Notes under the pieces: model-generated
Told to the model about the DNA's origin: nothing
The model's input: only the letters and a program-made list of their open reading frames with translations
The model's database searches: none
Program-made: the position numbers and the translations under genes
Part shown: positions 1 to 12,647 of the stretch, in pieces
How positions within the stretch are numbered: position 1 is the first letter of the stretch
How the letters are laid out: each line of letters starts with the position of its first letter
DNA from: Centroscyllium fabricii
Lineage: Eukaryota
Reading direction: 5' to 3'
NCBI GenBank assembly: GCA_051313645.2
Contig: JBNRSN020000012.1
Coordinates: 11,718,001-11,782,000, forward strand
Length of the DNA: 64,000 nt

Positions 1-127
1 CACTCCTGGAGTTCCGCCATTGCTGCCACATGGGCAAATGTGGCAGCCACTTCCTGCACAGCAAGACCACACAAACATCAACGAAAGAATGGACTTGCAT
101 TTACATCGTGCCTTTCACTACCTCAGG

Positions 128-585
128 TCATAAGAACATAAGAAATAGGAGCAGGAGTAGGCCAATTGGACTCTCGAGCCTGCTCCGCCATTCAACAAGA
201 TCATGGCTGATCCGATCCTAACCTCAATGTTATTTTTACTCTACACCCCGTCCAGACCCATGTGATCACCTGGGAGAGGTGAAAAACCAGATAAAAAACC
301 CAGTAGCCAATTTGGGAGAAAAAAAATCAGGAAAATTCCTCTCCGACCCATCTAGGCGATCGAAAACTGGTCCAGGAGATCACATGGCCGATCTGAACCT
401 AGCCTCACGTCCACTTACCTGCCCGCTCACCATAACCCCTAATTCTCTTTAATTCCAGGAAACTGTCTATCTCAGTTTTAAATTTATTCAACGTAGTAGC
501 TTCCACATCTCTCTGGGGCAGCAAATTCCACAGCCCCACCACCCTCTGAGTGAAGAAGTTTCTCCTCATTTCATTTTTGAAAGGT
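128..585 (-). mobile_element. CR1 LINE 3' end (subfamily with an inverted-repeat insert in the 3' UTR)
   Basis: Minus-strand peptide FKNEMRRNFFTQRVVGLWNLLP typical of the CR1 ORF2 C-terminus; CATAAGAA-type tail repeat at about 128-145; near-identical copies at 5647-6137 and 25746-26415. Confidence 0.85.
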
Positions 586-614
586 CGTCCCAGAGCACCA
601 TACACCCAATGTTC

Positions 615-950
615 TGTAGCCAATACTCTTTGAAGTGTAGTCACTTTTGCAATGTAGGAAATGTGGCTACCAATTTGCGCACAGCAAGCTCCCACAAACA
701 GCATTGAGATATTGACCAGTTCATCTGGTGTTTTTTTTAAAGTGATGTTGGTTGAGGGATAAATATTGGCCCCAGGACACCGAGGAGAACTCCCCCCCTG
801 CTCTTCTTCCAATAATGGCCATGGGATCTTTTACGTCCACCCGAGAGGGCGGCAGATGGGGGGCCTCGGTTTAACGTCTCACCTGAAAGAGGGCCCCTCA
901 GTCAGTGCAGCACTCGCTCAGTACTGACACCGGGAGTGTCAGCCTCCGGC
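615..950 (-). mobile_element. Deu-domain SINE (SacSINE1/DeuSINE-like)
   Basis: Reverse complement of the core TTGCTGTTTGTGGGAGCTTGCTGTGCGCAAATTGG; more than 10 copies in the window. Confidence 0.75.
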
Positions 951-1516
951 AGGCTAGAGTTTCTAACCCCCGTGAGAACAAGTGTCAACAAGGAGCCCAA
1001 AGAGAGGGGGGACAGAAAAGAAAGGGAAGGGGGGCCACAGCTGGTTATGTCCAACGAACCAATCTTATCGATGTGGTAATAAATGAACTATCTCGATTGT
1101 CCAGACCCTTGACAACATCGAAAGAATAAGAGGGGAACAAGAGAAGTGTAATGGCCGCAATATTTTAATCGAGATGTTCACAATTATGAGGAGTTTTGAT
1201 AGAATAAATATGGAGACCCCGTATCGAGTGGCAGGAGGGTCGACAATCAAAGGACGCAGATTTAAGATAATCGGCAAAAGAACCCGGGGCGAAATGAGGA
1301 GTATAGTTTGTTTTTTTACGCAGCGAGCTGTCGTGATCTGGAATGCGCTGCCTGAAAGGGCGGTGGAAGCAGATTCAATAGTAACTTTCAAAAGGGGAAT
1401 AATTGGAGAAATACCTGAAAGCAATGTTTCCTGTAGTTTGTTTTTGGGTGTGCGGCCCCTTTAAGTGACTGCGCGACACATTCAAATTTAAATTCCAATT
1501 GAAAAGCCGGCGAGTG

Positions 1517-2045
1517 TCATAGTCAGAGAGTTTCACAGCACAGAAAGAGGCCCTTCAGCCCATCGCGACCACGCCGGCCATCAAGCCCTGTCTATTCTAA
1601 TCCCATTTTCCAGCGCTTGGTCCGTAGCCTTGTATGCTTTGGCGTTTCAAGTGCTCATCTAAATGCTTCTTGAATGTTGTGAGGGTTCCTGCCTCCACCA
1701 CCCTTTCAGGCAGTGAGTTCCAGATTCCAACCACCCTCTGGGTGAAAAAGTTCTTCCTCAAATCTCCTCTAAACCTCCTGCCCCTTACCTTGAAACTATG
1801 CCCCATGGTTATTGACCCCTCTACCAAGGGAAAAAGTTCCTTTCTATCAACCCTATCTATGCCCCTCATAATTTTGTACACCTCAATCAGGTCCCCCCTC
1901 AGCCTTCTCTGCTCCAAGGAAAACAACCCCAGCCTGTCCAGCCTCTCTTCATAGCTGACGCGCTCCAGCCCAGGTAACATCCTGGTGAATCTACTCTGCA
2001 CCCTCTCCAAAGCAATCACATCCTTCCTATAGTGCGGCGACCAGA
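1517..2045 (-). mobile_element. CR1 LINE 3' fragment
   Basis: ORF 1597-2019: ALERVQSRFTRMLPGL...LFSLEQRRLRGDLIEVYKI...FFTQRVVGIWNSLP. Confidence 0.9.
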
Positions 2046-2271
2046 ACCAGAACCTGCGCGGCAGCTCCAGACCTTTGCTTGAAAGGGAAAGAGTTGCAGG
2101 ACCGTGGGGAAAAGAGGGGGGCGGAGAGTGTGAGACTAACTGGATCGCTCTCTCAAAGAGCTGGCACGGGCACGATGGGCCGAATGGCCTCCTTCTTTAC
2201 TGCATCATTCCATGAATGTGCTTACTCCCAACAGGGGTCCCTCTGGTGTTGAGCTAACGATATAGAAACAT

Positions 2272-3070
2272 CGGCCCAACAGCGCCTGCACTTCCTAAGG
2301 AAGCTGAAGAAAGCCAGGCTGTCATCCGGCATCCTCTCCAACTTCTACCGCTGCACAATCGAAAGCATACTGACAAGCTGCATCACAGTCTGGTATGGAA
2401 ATTGCACCATCTCAGACCGGAAGACCCTGCAGCGGGTAGTCAAAACTGCCCAATGAATCACCGGTACCCAGCTACCGTCAATGGAAAGTGATGTGACAAA
2501 AGCGACTTACACATCAAATACTTTAAGCAAAGCTTTAATCAGCTATTTACAGAGTTGAGAGTTTTAACATATTTACATAGAGAAGCATTATCTCAGACTG
2601 AATAGTAGCAGAATTTATACTACTACACAGGAAGTGACATGTACAGGAAGTGATGTCACTGGAAGTTCATAAGCAGAGTTCATCCGACTTCCTGCCGGAA
2701 GTCTCAATATCATTACAGAAAGCATCTACCTCAAACGCTGCCTACAGAGGTCTCTGAACATTATTAAAGACCCCACACACCCCAGCCACAGTCTGTTTGC
2801 CCCCTGCCCTCCGGGAGACGCTACAGATCAATTCGCACCTGCACGACTAGATTTAAGGACAGCTTCTTCCCCAGGGCCGTCAGCCTCCTGAACTCTTTAT
2901 ATAAAAAAAAAAAAAAAAAACTCCGGTACCTGCACACCTGAAAATGTACTTTACTGTATGCATTTGCATGTAATTTATTTGCACTACTCTTGGGAGCGGC
3001 GAGTCTTTGTCTCGTTGTATTGTACTAGTACTCTGCAATGACAATAAAACTTGAATTGAATTGAATTGAA
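2272..3070 (+). mobile_element. Rex1/Babar-like LINE 3' fragment, interrupted by a solo LTR
   Basis: Nearly identical to 13585-14470; (AATTG)n tail; in-frame stop at about 2454. Confidence 0.8.
2489..2717 (-). mobile_element. Short solo-LTR-like insertion, family A (229 bp)
   Basis: TG...CA termini; 5-bp TSD GAAAG at 2484-2488 and 2718-2722; removal restores the Rex sequence; TATAAA and ATTAAA on the minus strand. Confidence 0.75.
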
Positions 3071-4042
3071 GATAGGAGCAGGAGCAAGCCATTCGAGCCT
3101 GCTCCGCCATTTAATGAGATCATGGCTCTGTACCCTGTCCCTGCCTTCTCCCCATATCGCTTGATCCCTTTAGCCTTTTGTAAGCAACACACATGACTCA
3201 AAAACTGGCCAGACGGCACAGGACTTTTCAGACTGACCTGGAGAGGTCCAGCTGCAAGGCAGCTTGTGTGAGACCTCACTCCCTTTAGCCAACCGTCCAA
3301 AGCTTCTCCTCGGCATTGCCAACTATAAATTGGAAAAATACGGGCTTGCCGAAGCTTGGTTCTCTCCCCGATAGCAGTGAGCTCGGGAAACACTTTGAAG
3401 GGCCGCTTGGACCATTAATACGCCAGGCTAAAGCACTGCCAATAAATTAAACGGTTCAATATTGTTCAACTTAACAGACCCGTGTTTCAGAGGAAGCACA
3501 AGAGCAATCTGTCTGAGGAAAGACGATGTGGATTTGACAGTGGTTATTTACGGCACATTGAGCATTCTCCTCCAGTCTCCACCATCACCTCAAAGTCAAT
3601 GGACTCTTCTCATCATCAGCCGTTCCTCTTCCTCCCGAAGGGGCCAGCACCTTGCTGCAATGGAGCTCCGTGGCCACTAGCCGCCCGCCCCAACCCCACC
3701 CTCCAACCGAAAGCTCTCTGCCACGCGAGGCTGGCCAGCAAATGTTGTCCAGCTGTTCCATCACAGGAGCATCACAGTGGACTTTGATCTCCAAAGATGT
3801 GCGGGTTAGGTTGATTGGCCATGATAAATTGACCCTTAGTGTTAGGGGGATTGAATATGTGGGGTTACGGGGAAAGGGTGGGATATGTGTCGGGGACAAG
3901 GCAGGGACAGGGACCCTCCCCCACCCGGCTGCTAAAGCTAAAATGTTCGCCCCCGCCCCCCTCCGCTACCCTACCCCCATCTTGGGTCCAGCTACAGGTT
4001 GTTTGACCATCCAACTTGCCCATACAGGCCAACAATGCCGGT

Positions 4043-4405
4043 GCCAGTGCTGAGGGAGTGCTGCACTGTCGGAGGTGCCGTCTTTCGGATGAGACGTTAA
4101 ACCGAGACCTCGTCTGCTCTCTCGGGTGGATGTAAAAGATCCCACGGCCACTATTTCGAAGAAGAGCGGGGGGAGAGTTCTCCCCGGTGTCCTGGGCCAA
4201 TATTTATCACTCAATCAACATCACTAAAACAGATTATCTGGTCATTTATAACATTGCTGTTTGTGGGAGCTTGCTGTGCGCAAATTGGCTGCTGCGTTTC
4301 CCACAATACAACAGTGACCACACTTCAAAAATTACTTCATCGGGTGTAAAGCGCTTCGAGACGTCCGGTGGTCGTGAAAGGCGCTATATAAATGCAAGTC
4401 TTTCT
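4043..4405 (+). mobile_element. Deu-domain SINE
   Basis: Deu core plus typical tail CGTGAAAGGCGCTATATAAATGCAAGTC. Confidence 0.75.
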
Positions 4406-4584
4406 TACTCGCTGCTTAGGCCTGTTTGAATCTTGTGGGCCTGACAGTTTGGTTCCGGCCTGCTTTAAGCCCCATTGGTGGATAAGCCCCGAATCAGAAT
4501 CCCGGAAGGCGTTACCATCAGCAACTGGCAATATATGCAAATTAATGGGAACTGCGATTTAAACTTTAACACGTCAAGAACGAA

Positions 4585-5283
4585 TGCAAGAAGTCACACA
4601 ACACCAGATTATAGACCAACAGTTTTATTTTAAATCACAAGCTTTCGGAGCTTTTGCCCCTTCGTCAGGTGAAAGAGAGAGACTGACTTAAAGAACGCAC
4701 ATATGTGATGATGGGAGAAATCCGATATCTCCCACATCTCACCTCAGCTGAGATAGACACACAAAGGCTTATTAACATATTTTAAGTGTTTCATTTAAAC
4801 ATAGCATATAGAGAGAGAGATAACAACGTGGTCTCTCCAGCTGTTTCACATCACACCTCAGCTGAGGGACATCAAAGCAATCAAAGGTGTTCCAACATAT
4901 CAGCCAGCCTGAGATCAAAGGGTGCAGTCACAAAGGGTCAAACGCTACAGTCTGCTGTAAATCCCACAGAATGATTTTTTTAAAACAAGGATTTTTCTTA
5001 CTTAAAATCGCCGAACAACCCAAAGATGTTTCGAGTCTGGATGACTCTACGTCAGGCGGGGTCACATGTAGCGCGACATAAACCCAATGTCACGGTTGAG
5101 GCCATGCTCATGGGTCCCATCATCACATGTGTGCGTTCTTTAAGTCAGTCTCTCTCTCTCACCTGACAAAGGGGCAAAAGCTCCGAAAGCTTGTGATTTC
5201 AAATAAAACTGTTGGACTATAATCTGGTGTTGTGTGACTTCTTGCATTTGTCCACCCCAGTCCAACACCGGCACCTCCACATT
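4585..5283. mobile_element. Penelope-like element remnant with inverted pseudo-LTRs
   Basis: About 130-bp inverted arms (4585-4714 and about 5115-5247); minus strand ends in GLNRDIGFMSRYM*, matching the GIY-YIG ORF end at 33384; degenerate TSD ACGTCAAGAACGAA / ATGTCAAGAAAGAA. Confidence 0.8.
4635..4672 (-). ncRNA. Minimal hammerhead ribozyme motif (Penelope pLTR type)
   Basis: Minus strand reads TCAC-CTGACGA-A-GGGGC-AAAA-GCTCC-GAAA-GC-TT-GTGA: CUGANGA and GAAA cores, stems I and II, palindromic AAGCTT stem III. Confidence 0.75.
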
Positions 5284-5646
5284 ATGTCAAGAAAGAAAAC
5301 ATTGATCTGGCGCCTTTTGCAGCCTCAGGCCGCCGCACAGCCAATGAAGTACTTGTTGAAGTGTTGTAATGTAGGGAAAGGCAGCAGCCAATTTGTGCAC
5401 AGCAAGCTCCCGCAAACAGCAAAGAGACAAATTACCAGATAATCTGCTTTTCCGCCCCCCCCCCGCCACCCAAGTGATGTTGGTTGAGGGATAAATATTG
5501 GCCCCAGGACACCGGGGAGAACCGCTCCACCCCCCCCCTCTCTTCTTCGAAATAGCGGCCGTGGGATCTTTTACATCCACCCGAGAGGGCAGACGGGGCC
5601 TCGGTTTAACATCTCATCCGAAAGACGGCACCTCCGACAGTGCGAA

Positions 5647-6137
5647 GAACATAAGAACATAAGAAATAGGAGCAGGAGTCGGCCAATCGGCCCCTCGAGC
5701 CTGCTCCGCCATTCAACAAGATCATGGCTGATCTGATCCTAACCTCAATTTTATTTTTACTCTCCACCCCGCCCAAACCCATGTGATCACCCGGGAGAGG
5801 CGAAAAACCAGATAAAAAAAACAGCGGCCAATTTGGGAGAAAAAAAAAATCTGGGAAATTGCTCTCCGACCCATCTAGGCGATCGAAAAGTGGTCCAGGA
5901 GATCACATGGCCGATCTGAACCCAGCCTCACGTCCACTTACCTGCCCGCTCACCATAACCCCTAATTCCCTTTACTTCCAGGAAACTGTCTATCTCTGTT
6001 TTAAATTTATTCAATGTAGTAGCTTCCGCAGCTCTCTGGGGCAGCAAATTCCACAGCCCCACCACCCTCTGAGTGAAGAAGTTTCTCCTCATCTCAGTTT
6101 TGAAATGGCAGCCCCTTATTTTAAGATCATGCCCCCT
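5647..6137 (-). mobile_element. CR1 LINE 3' end
   Basis: Same subfamily as 128-585 and 25746-26415. Confidence 0.85.
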
Positions 6138-8329
6138 AGTGCTGTATTGGCACGGGGCGTGTCAGCCTGGATTATAGGTTTAAGTAGATAACCAGAGGGC
6201 ACAGTTAATGTGATTAAGAACCAGAGGGCGACATGAAGAAAAACATTTTTACGCAACGAGTGGTTGGGGTTTGGAACGCACTTCCTCATCAGGCGGTGGA
6301 GACAGATTCAATAGTAGCTTTCAACAGGGAATTGAAGAAATACTTGAAGGAGAAAAATATTGCAGGGAGCTGGGGGGAAGTGGGACTAACTGGATTGCTC
6401 TTCGAAAGACCTGACGCAGACTCGATGGGCTGAATGGCCTCTGGCTGTGCTGTACTCTTCGCTCATTCTATAAGGTTCTGGAGTGGGGCTTGAACCTACA
6501 ACCGTCTGACCCAGAGGTGAGAGGGAGTGCTGCTCACTGAGTCACAGCCGACCCCGAACCACTATAGCCCTCAAGAAGCCTCCGTAGATTGTGCTGACAT
6601 GGCCCAGGATGGTGTAAGTTTCAAGACAAATAACAGTGTGTCGCCACGGCGTGAAACCTCGGCTCCAAGGGAGAAAGAGAAAAAAGGGCAAATCGAAGGT
6701 CACGCAGTTTCTCAGTGACCTTCTGTTGAGACAATAGAAAATTCAACTTCTGTGGAAGTCTCCACCTCCCCTCCCCTCCCCCATCAGAGCTTTCTGGCCC
6801 TTCACTCAGCCCAAGCGAGGGGGAGGGGGGTGTGGGAGGGGGAGCGCGAGGAGGAGGAGGGGTGGGCGAGGAAAAGATTACTGCAGATGGAAACACTCCC
6901 GACATCAAACCCTTGCACCAAAGTCCTCCCCCTGTAACCACAGCAACAGCTGTGAGCTTTGTCTTGGTTTCTAAGCATCACCGTGACAACCACAGGACAT
7001 AATCGCAGTCTCGGCAATGTTTCCGAGCATCTTGTCAAGAGGGTAGCGCACGGCGAGCGAGTCTCGGGGTGGTGCGTGGGCGGTGGGGGCGGGGGAACGT
7101 GTGGAGATCATCGTGGCGGGAAGGGTCAGTCACAATCCCCAGCTCGGCCACCCAACCGCCAACTCAGCAAGATCCACACACAAAGGACTTCAAAAAGGGC
7201 CTTCTATAACCTTTGAGGATTCCGTGCCTCCCCACGCCCCGCCAAACTGAGATGACACATCTCGAACTCGGCAACAATCAATCTCGGTCAGTGATAGCCT
7301 TGTACTCACAACGCAAATGACTCCCAGCAGCCAACAAGCAGTTCTCAGTCAGCAGTTTCGCCCCGTTTGATGTTGAATTTTCATGCTTTCTCGCTCAGTT
7401 CATTTCCCACCTGCCTTCTTGTCGACAGAACAGGCCCGCTTGCTCGTCGGGCAGCTTTTGACATGCCCGACAGGAAGGGACGCAGATCCCACTCCCTCGC
7501 TGCCACGGCACCTGCCGGTGTCCAACTTCTTTGACGGAATTTGTGTCGCCTTTGGCGCGCGAGCGCCCAGCAGCACAAGTTGCCAGTTTCTTCGCTCGAC
7601 ATAGCCTACCTTTTGGCGGGGTTGTCACCGATCCCGCGGCCAATATTACAAAGCGGAGCGGGATTGGGTGGGGGGGTTCCTCCCTGGTGTCCTACCCCAT
7701 GTTTATCCCTCGACCAGCATCACTGAAAAAACAGGTGACCCGGCCATTATCTCATTGCTGTATGCGGGAGCTTGCTGTGCGCAAATTGGCCGCCGCAGAG
7801 AGAGCGGAGCAGACATTTTTGTTTTTACGCAGCGAGTTGTTGTGATCTGGAACGCGCTTGCCTGAAAGGGCGGTGGAAGCAGATTCAATAGTAACTTTCA
7901 AAAGGGAATCGGATAAATACTTGAAAAAGAAAAATTTGCAGGGCTGTGGGGAAGTTGATGCATTGCAGCAAGTCGCCAAGGCTTCTTCGGCAGCACCTCC
8001 CAAACCCACGACCTCTTCCACCTAGAAGGGCGAGGGCAGCAGGCGCATGGGAACACCATCTAAAGATATGCGGGTTAGGTTGATTGGCCAGGATAAATTG
8101 ACCCTTAGTGTTAGCGGGATTGAATATGTGGGGTTACGGGGATAGGGTGGGATATGTGTCGGTGCAGGCTCGATAGGGATCGAGGGGTATGGGGAGGGGG
8201 CAGGGGCGGGGTACTGGGTTTGGATGATCAGCCATGATCTCATTGGGCTCGAAGGGCCAAATGGCCGACTCCTGCTCCTAGTTTCTATGTTTCTACCACC
8301 ACCTCCATGTCACACACCATCCTGATTTA

Positions 8330-9290
8330 AAAAAAAAAAAATTATTCATTGATGGGATGTGGGCGTCGCTGGCTGGCTAGGCCTGCATTTAGTGCCCATC
8401 CCTAATTGCCCTTGAGAAGATGGTGGTGAGCCGCCTTCTTGAACCGCTGCAGTCCATATGGTGTAGGTACACCCACAATGTTGTTAGGAAGGGAGTTCCA
8501 GGATTTTGGCCCAGCGACAGTGAAGGAGCGGCGATACAGGTCCTAGTCAGGATGGTGTGTGGCTTGGAGGGGAACTTGTAGGTGGTGCTGTTCCCATGCG
8601 TCTGCTGCCCTTGTCCTTCTAAGTGGTAGAGGTCGTGGGTTTGGAAGGTGCTGTTGAAGGAGCTTTGGCGAGTTGCTGCAGTGCATCTTGTAGATGGTAC
8701 ACACTGCAGCCACGGTGCGCCGGTGGTGGAGGGAGTGAATGTTGAAGGTGGTGGATGGAGTGCCAATCAAGCGGCCTGCTTTATCCTGAATGGTGTCGAG
8801 CTTCTTGAGTGTTGTTGGAGCTGCACTCATCCAGGCAAGTGGAGAGTATTCCATCACACACCTGACTTGTGCCTTGTAGATGGTGGAAAGGCTTTGGGGA
8901 GTCAGGAGGTGAGACACTCACCGCAGAATTCCCAGCCTCTGGCCTGCTCTTGTAGCCACAGTATTGATATGGCTGGTCCAGTTCAGTTTCTGATCAATGG
9001 TAACCCCCAGGATGTTGATAGTGGGGGATTCAGCGATGATAATGCCATTGAATGTCAAGGGGAGATGGTTAGAGTCTCGCTTGTTGGAGATGGTCATTGC
9101 CTGGCACTGGTGTTGTGCGAATGTTACTTGCCACTTGTCAGCCGAAGTCTGAATGTTGTCCAGGTCTTGCTGCACATGGACACGGACTGCGTCAGTATCT
9201 GGTGAGTCTTGAATGGTGCTGAACAGTGTGCGATCATCAGCGAACATCCCCACTTCTGACCTTATGATGGAGGGAAGGTCATTGATGAAA
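8330..9290 (-). mobile_element. Non-LTR retrotransposon 3' portion (CR1/Jockey-group RT, clade not assigned)
   Basis: FINDLPSIIRSEVGMFADD RT motif followed by YKAQVRCVMEYSPLAW; interrupted by stops; second copy at 18197-18963. Confidence 0.8.
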
Positions 9291-10389
9291 CAGAGAGCCA
9301 GCACAGGCACGATGGGCCGAATGGCCTCCTTCTGTGCTGTATTGTCGGGAAATCAAAACAGCGGCGACTACAATTCAAAAGTACTTAATGAGCTGTAAAG
9401 CATTTTGGGACATTTAGAAGTATATCGGCCGATCCTTCATCGTCGCTGGGTCAAAATCCTGGAACTCCCTCCCTAACGCACTGTGGGAGCACCTTCACCA
9501 CACGGGCTGCAGCGGTTCAAGGAGAAGGCGGCTCACCACCACCTTCTCAAGGGCAACAAGGGATGGGCAATAAACACCAGCCTTGCCAGCGACACCCACA
9601 TCTCAAACAAATTAAAAAGAGCAGGGGGGGGGGGGGGGTAGTGGGACTAATTGGATCGCTCTTTCACAGAGCCAGCAGAGGCACGATGGGCCGAATGGCC
9701 TCCTTCTGTGCTGTATGTCAGGAAATCGAAACAGCGACTACAATTCAAAAGTACTTAATGAGCTGTAAAGCATTTTGGGACTTCCTCGGGTTGTGGCGGC
9801 GTTGGAGAGGGGTGGGGTGGGCGGCTGGGGGGGGTGCGACGGATGACCTCTGCACTCTGGGTTAAGGGGGGGCGGGGAAAGCAGCCCCCCTTCCCCAACT
9901 CCTCATCGCTACCCAAGCTCCACTGAAAAGTGCTTTACAAACTCGACCTTGTCCCGTTCAGTGCTGCACTGGGGAAACTCATTGAACCTCAGCAATACGT
10001 TCCAGGATTCTCATTTTCAATAGACAAAAAAAAATTCACACTTTCAAGTCGCGTTTTATTCTTTTCCCATATCTGGGTAATTTTCTCCCCTTCAAGTATT
10101 TCTCCAATTCCCTTTCGAAAGTTATTACTGAATCTGCTTCCATCCTTTCAGGCAGCGCATTCCAGAGCAGAACAACTCACTGCATAAATAAACTTGTCCT
10201 CATCTCACCCCTGGTTTTTGCCAATTACCATAAATCTGTGCCCTCTGGTTACCGACCCAGTTACTCGATCAAACCCTCTCGTAATTTTAAACGCCTCGAC
10301 TAAATCGCCCCTTAACCTTCTCCGCTCGAAGGAGAACAATCCCAGCTTCCCCAGTCTCACCACGTAACTGAAGTCACTCATCCTCTGGG

Positions 10390-10860
10390 ACCTGGGATGG
10401 CAGGAATGACGTATGAGGAGAGATTGGCTCGATTGGGCTTATACTCGCTGGAGTTTAGAAGAATGAGAGGGGATCTCACTGAAACTTATAACATTCTAAC
10501 AGCACTGGACAGACTAGATGCAGGAAGGATGTTCCCGATGGTCGGGGGAGTCCAGAACCAGGGGTCACAGTCTAAAAATAAGGGGGAAGCCATTTTGGAC
10601 AGAGATGGAGGAGGAATTTCTTCACCCAGAGAGTGGTGAACCTGTGGAATTCTCTACCACAGAAGGCAGTGGAGGCCAATTCATTAAATATATTCAAGAA
10701 GGAGTTGGATATATTTCTTAAGGCTAAAGGGATCAAGGGATATGGGGAGAAGGCAGGGACAGGGTACTGAGTTTGGATGATCAGCCATGATCTCATTGAA
10801 TGGCGGAGCAGGCTCGAGGGGCTGAATGGCCGACTCCTGCTCCTATCTTCTGTGTTTCTA
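10390..10860 (+). mobile_element. CR1 LINE 3' end
   Basis: MTYEERLARLGLYSLEFRRMRGDL with frameshifts; tail ending TTTCTA. Confidence 0.85.
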
Positions 10861-11456
10861 TCTTTCTGAAAAATCTCCTCTGCACCCTCTCCCAGGCCTG
10901 GGCAGCAGAGATGTCGCCTTTCCCCGCCCATGGCTGAATAACTAGCCGACAGTTGCTGTCTGGCCTCAAAGAAAGGAACAAAAAAAAAAGACACTCGCCC
11001 TCTGGAGAAAATTGGGGGTGAAATAAAATCACATTTTAAATCTTCATCTTAAGCCTTTTGCCAGTTGCCTCAAAGTGCAGGATCCGAAAACTGCACTACG
11101 CAATTTGGCATCTGCGGCCCTCCAAACACCACAGCTGCAAGTAAACTTGTCAAAAGAAAAAAAATGCCAAAGAGAACGCACTGTGACCTTCTTTACTATC
11201 ATTTAAAACAAATGCAACTCAAGAACATATCTGTGAAGATCACGAGCCATAAATCGTATTCCCCAGGAATGACGTGGTGAAAGGGTAATTACTCCAAGAC
11301 TGAAATGTCACGGGCCTCGGCTGACAGTTTCATTTACATCCCAAAGCTACCCAGCTAATTAAGATGCCCTTCAATTCACAATTAGATCAGGACCAGAGAT
11401 AGGATATTCACAGCGGCGGTCAGAGGTGGCGAGGAGGCCGTTTACCGAGCTCCTAC

Positions 11457-11577
11457 CTGGAGGGGTGCCCGGCGGACAACCCGCTCCTCAACATGACTTG
11501 GAAAGGTCAGTTCCCCACGTCTCGTAACATCTTCCTGATGCAGCTGAATCAATCTTTTCCAAAAATCCTTTCCCGGC
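11457..11577 (-). other. Candidate host exon (121 nt)
   Basis: Non-repetitive island bounded by TCTCTTGCAG acceptor and CAG|GTAGGA donor; one open frame PGKDFWKRLIQLHQEDVTRRGELTFPSHVEERVVRRAPLQ; no homology recognised. Confidence 0.35.
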
Positions 11578-12262
11578 CTGCAAGAGATATTTAGCTCCGA
11601 GCAGGGTCTCTCTCCTGACATGATTTCTCCGGGGGCGGTTTCACGAACCTGGCCCCTGGTGTGGAAGCTGGCCCGATCGTGACTCCAGACCCACACCACC
11701 ATGGTTGGCTCTTAACCGTCCTCTGAAGTGGCCGAGCAGTGACAGTTTGTATTTATGCAGCACCATAGTAAACCGTCCCAAAGCACTTTGCAGGAGCAAT
11801 TATCGAACAAAATTTGACCCCGAGCTACATAAGCAGATATTAGGGACAGGTGACTAAAACCTCGGTCATAGAGTCATACAGCACAGAAAGAGACCCTTCG
11901 GCCCATCGTGTCTGCGCCGGCCATCAAGCCCTGTCTACTCTAATCCCATTTTCCAGCAATTGGTCCGTAGCCTTCGATGCAATGGCTTTGCTCTCTGCAA
12001 CGATGCTGCCTGGCCTGCTGAGTTTCGCCAGCGTTTTCTGTTGTTATTGTGGCTTTTCAAGTGCTCACCTAAATGCTTCTTAAATGTTGTGAGGGTTCCT
12101 GCCTCGACCACCCTTTCAGACAGTGAGTTCCAGATTCCAACCACCCTCTAGGTGTAAAAGTCAGACAGGTTGGTTTTCAGAAGCGTCTTAATGGAGGAGA
12201 GAGAGGCGAAGGAGTTTAGGGGGGGGTAATTCCAGAGCTCGGGGCCCAGGCAGCTGAAGGTA

Positions 12263-12647
12263 CATAGAAGATAGTTGCAGGAGTCGGCCATTCGGCCCTT
12301 CGAGCCTGCTCCGCCATTCAATGAGATCATGGCTGATCATCCAAACCCAGCACCCTGTCCCTGCCTTCTCCCCACATCCCTATCGAGCCTGCACTGACAC
12401 ATATCCCACCCCATCCCCGTAACCCCACATATTCAATCGCATGAACACGAAGGGTCAATTTATCCTGGCCAATCAACCTAACCCGCACATCTTTGGAATG
12501 TGAGAGGAAACCGGAGCACCCGGAGGAAACCCACGCAGACACGGGGAGAATGTGCAAACTCCACACAGATAGTACCCGAGGCCGGATTTGAACCCGGGCC
12601 CCTAGCGCTGTGAGGCAACAGTGCTAACCACTATGCCACCGTGCCAC
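12263..12647 (-). mobile_element. tRNA-derived V-SINE (HE1-like) with CR1-type tail
   Basis: A box TGGCATAGTGG, B box GGTTCAAATCC, V-domain TTCTCCCCGTGTCTGCGTGGGTTTCCTCCGGGTGCTCCGG. Confidence 0.85.
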
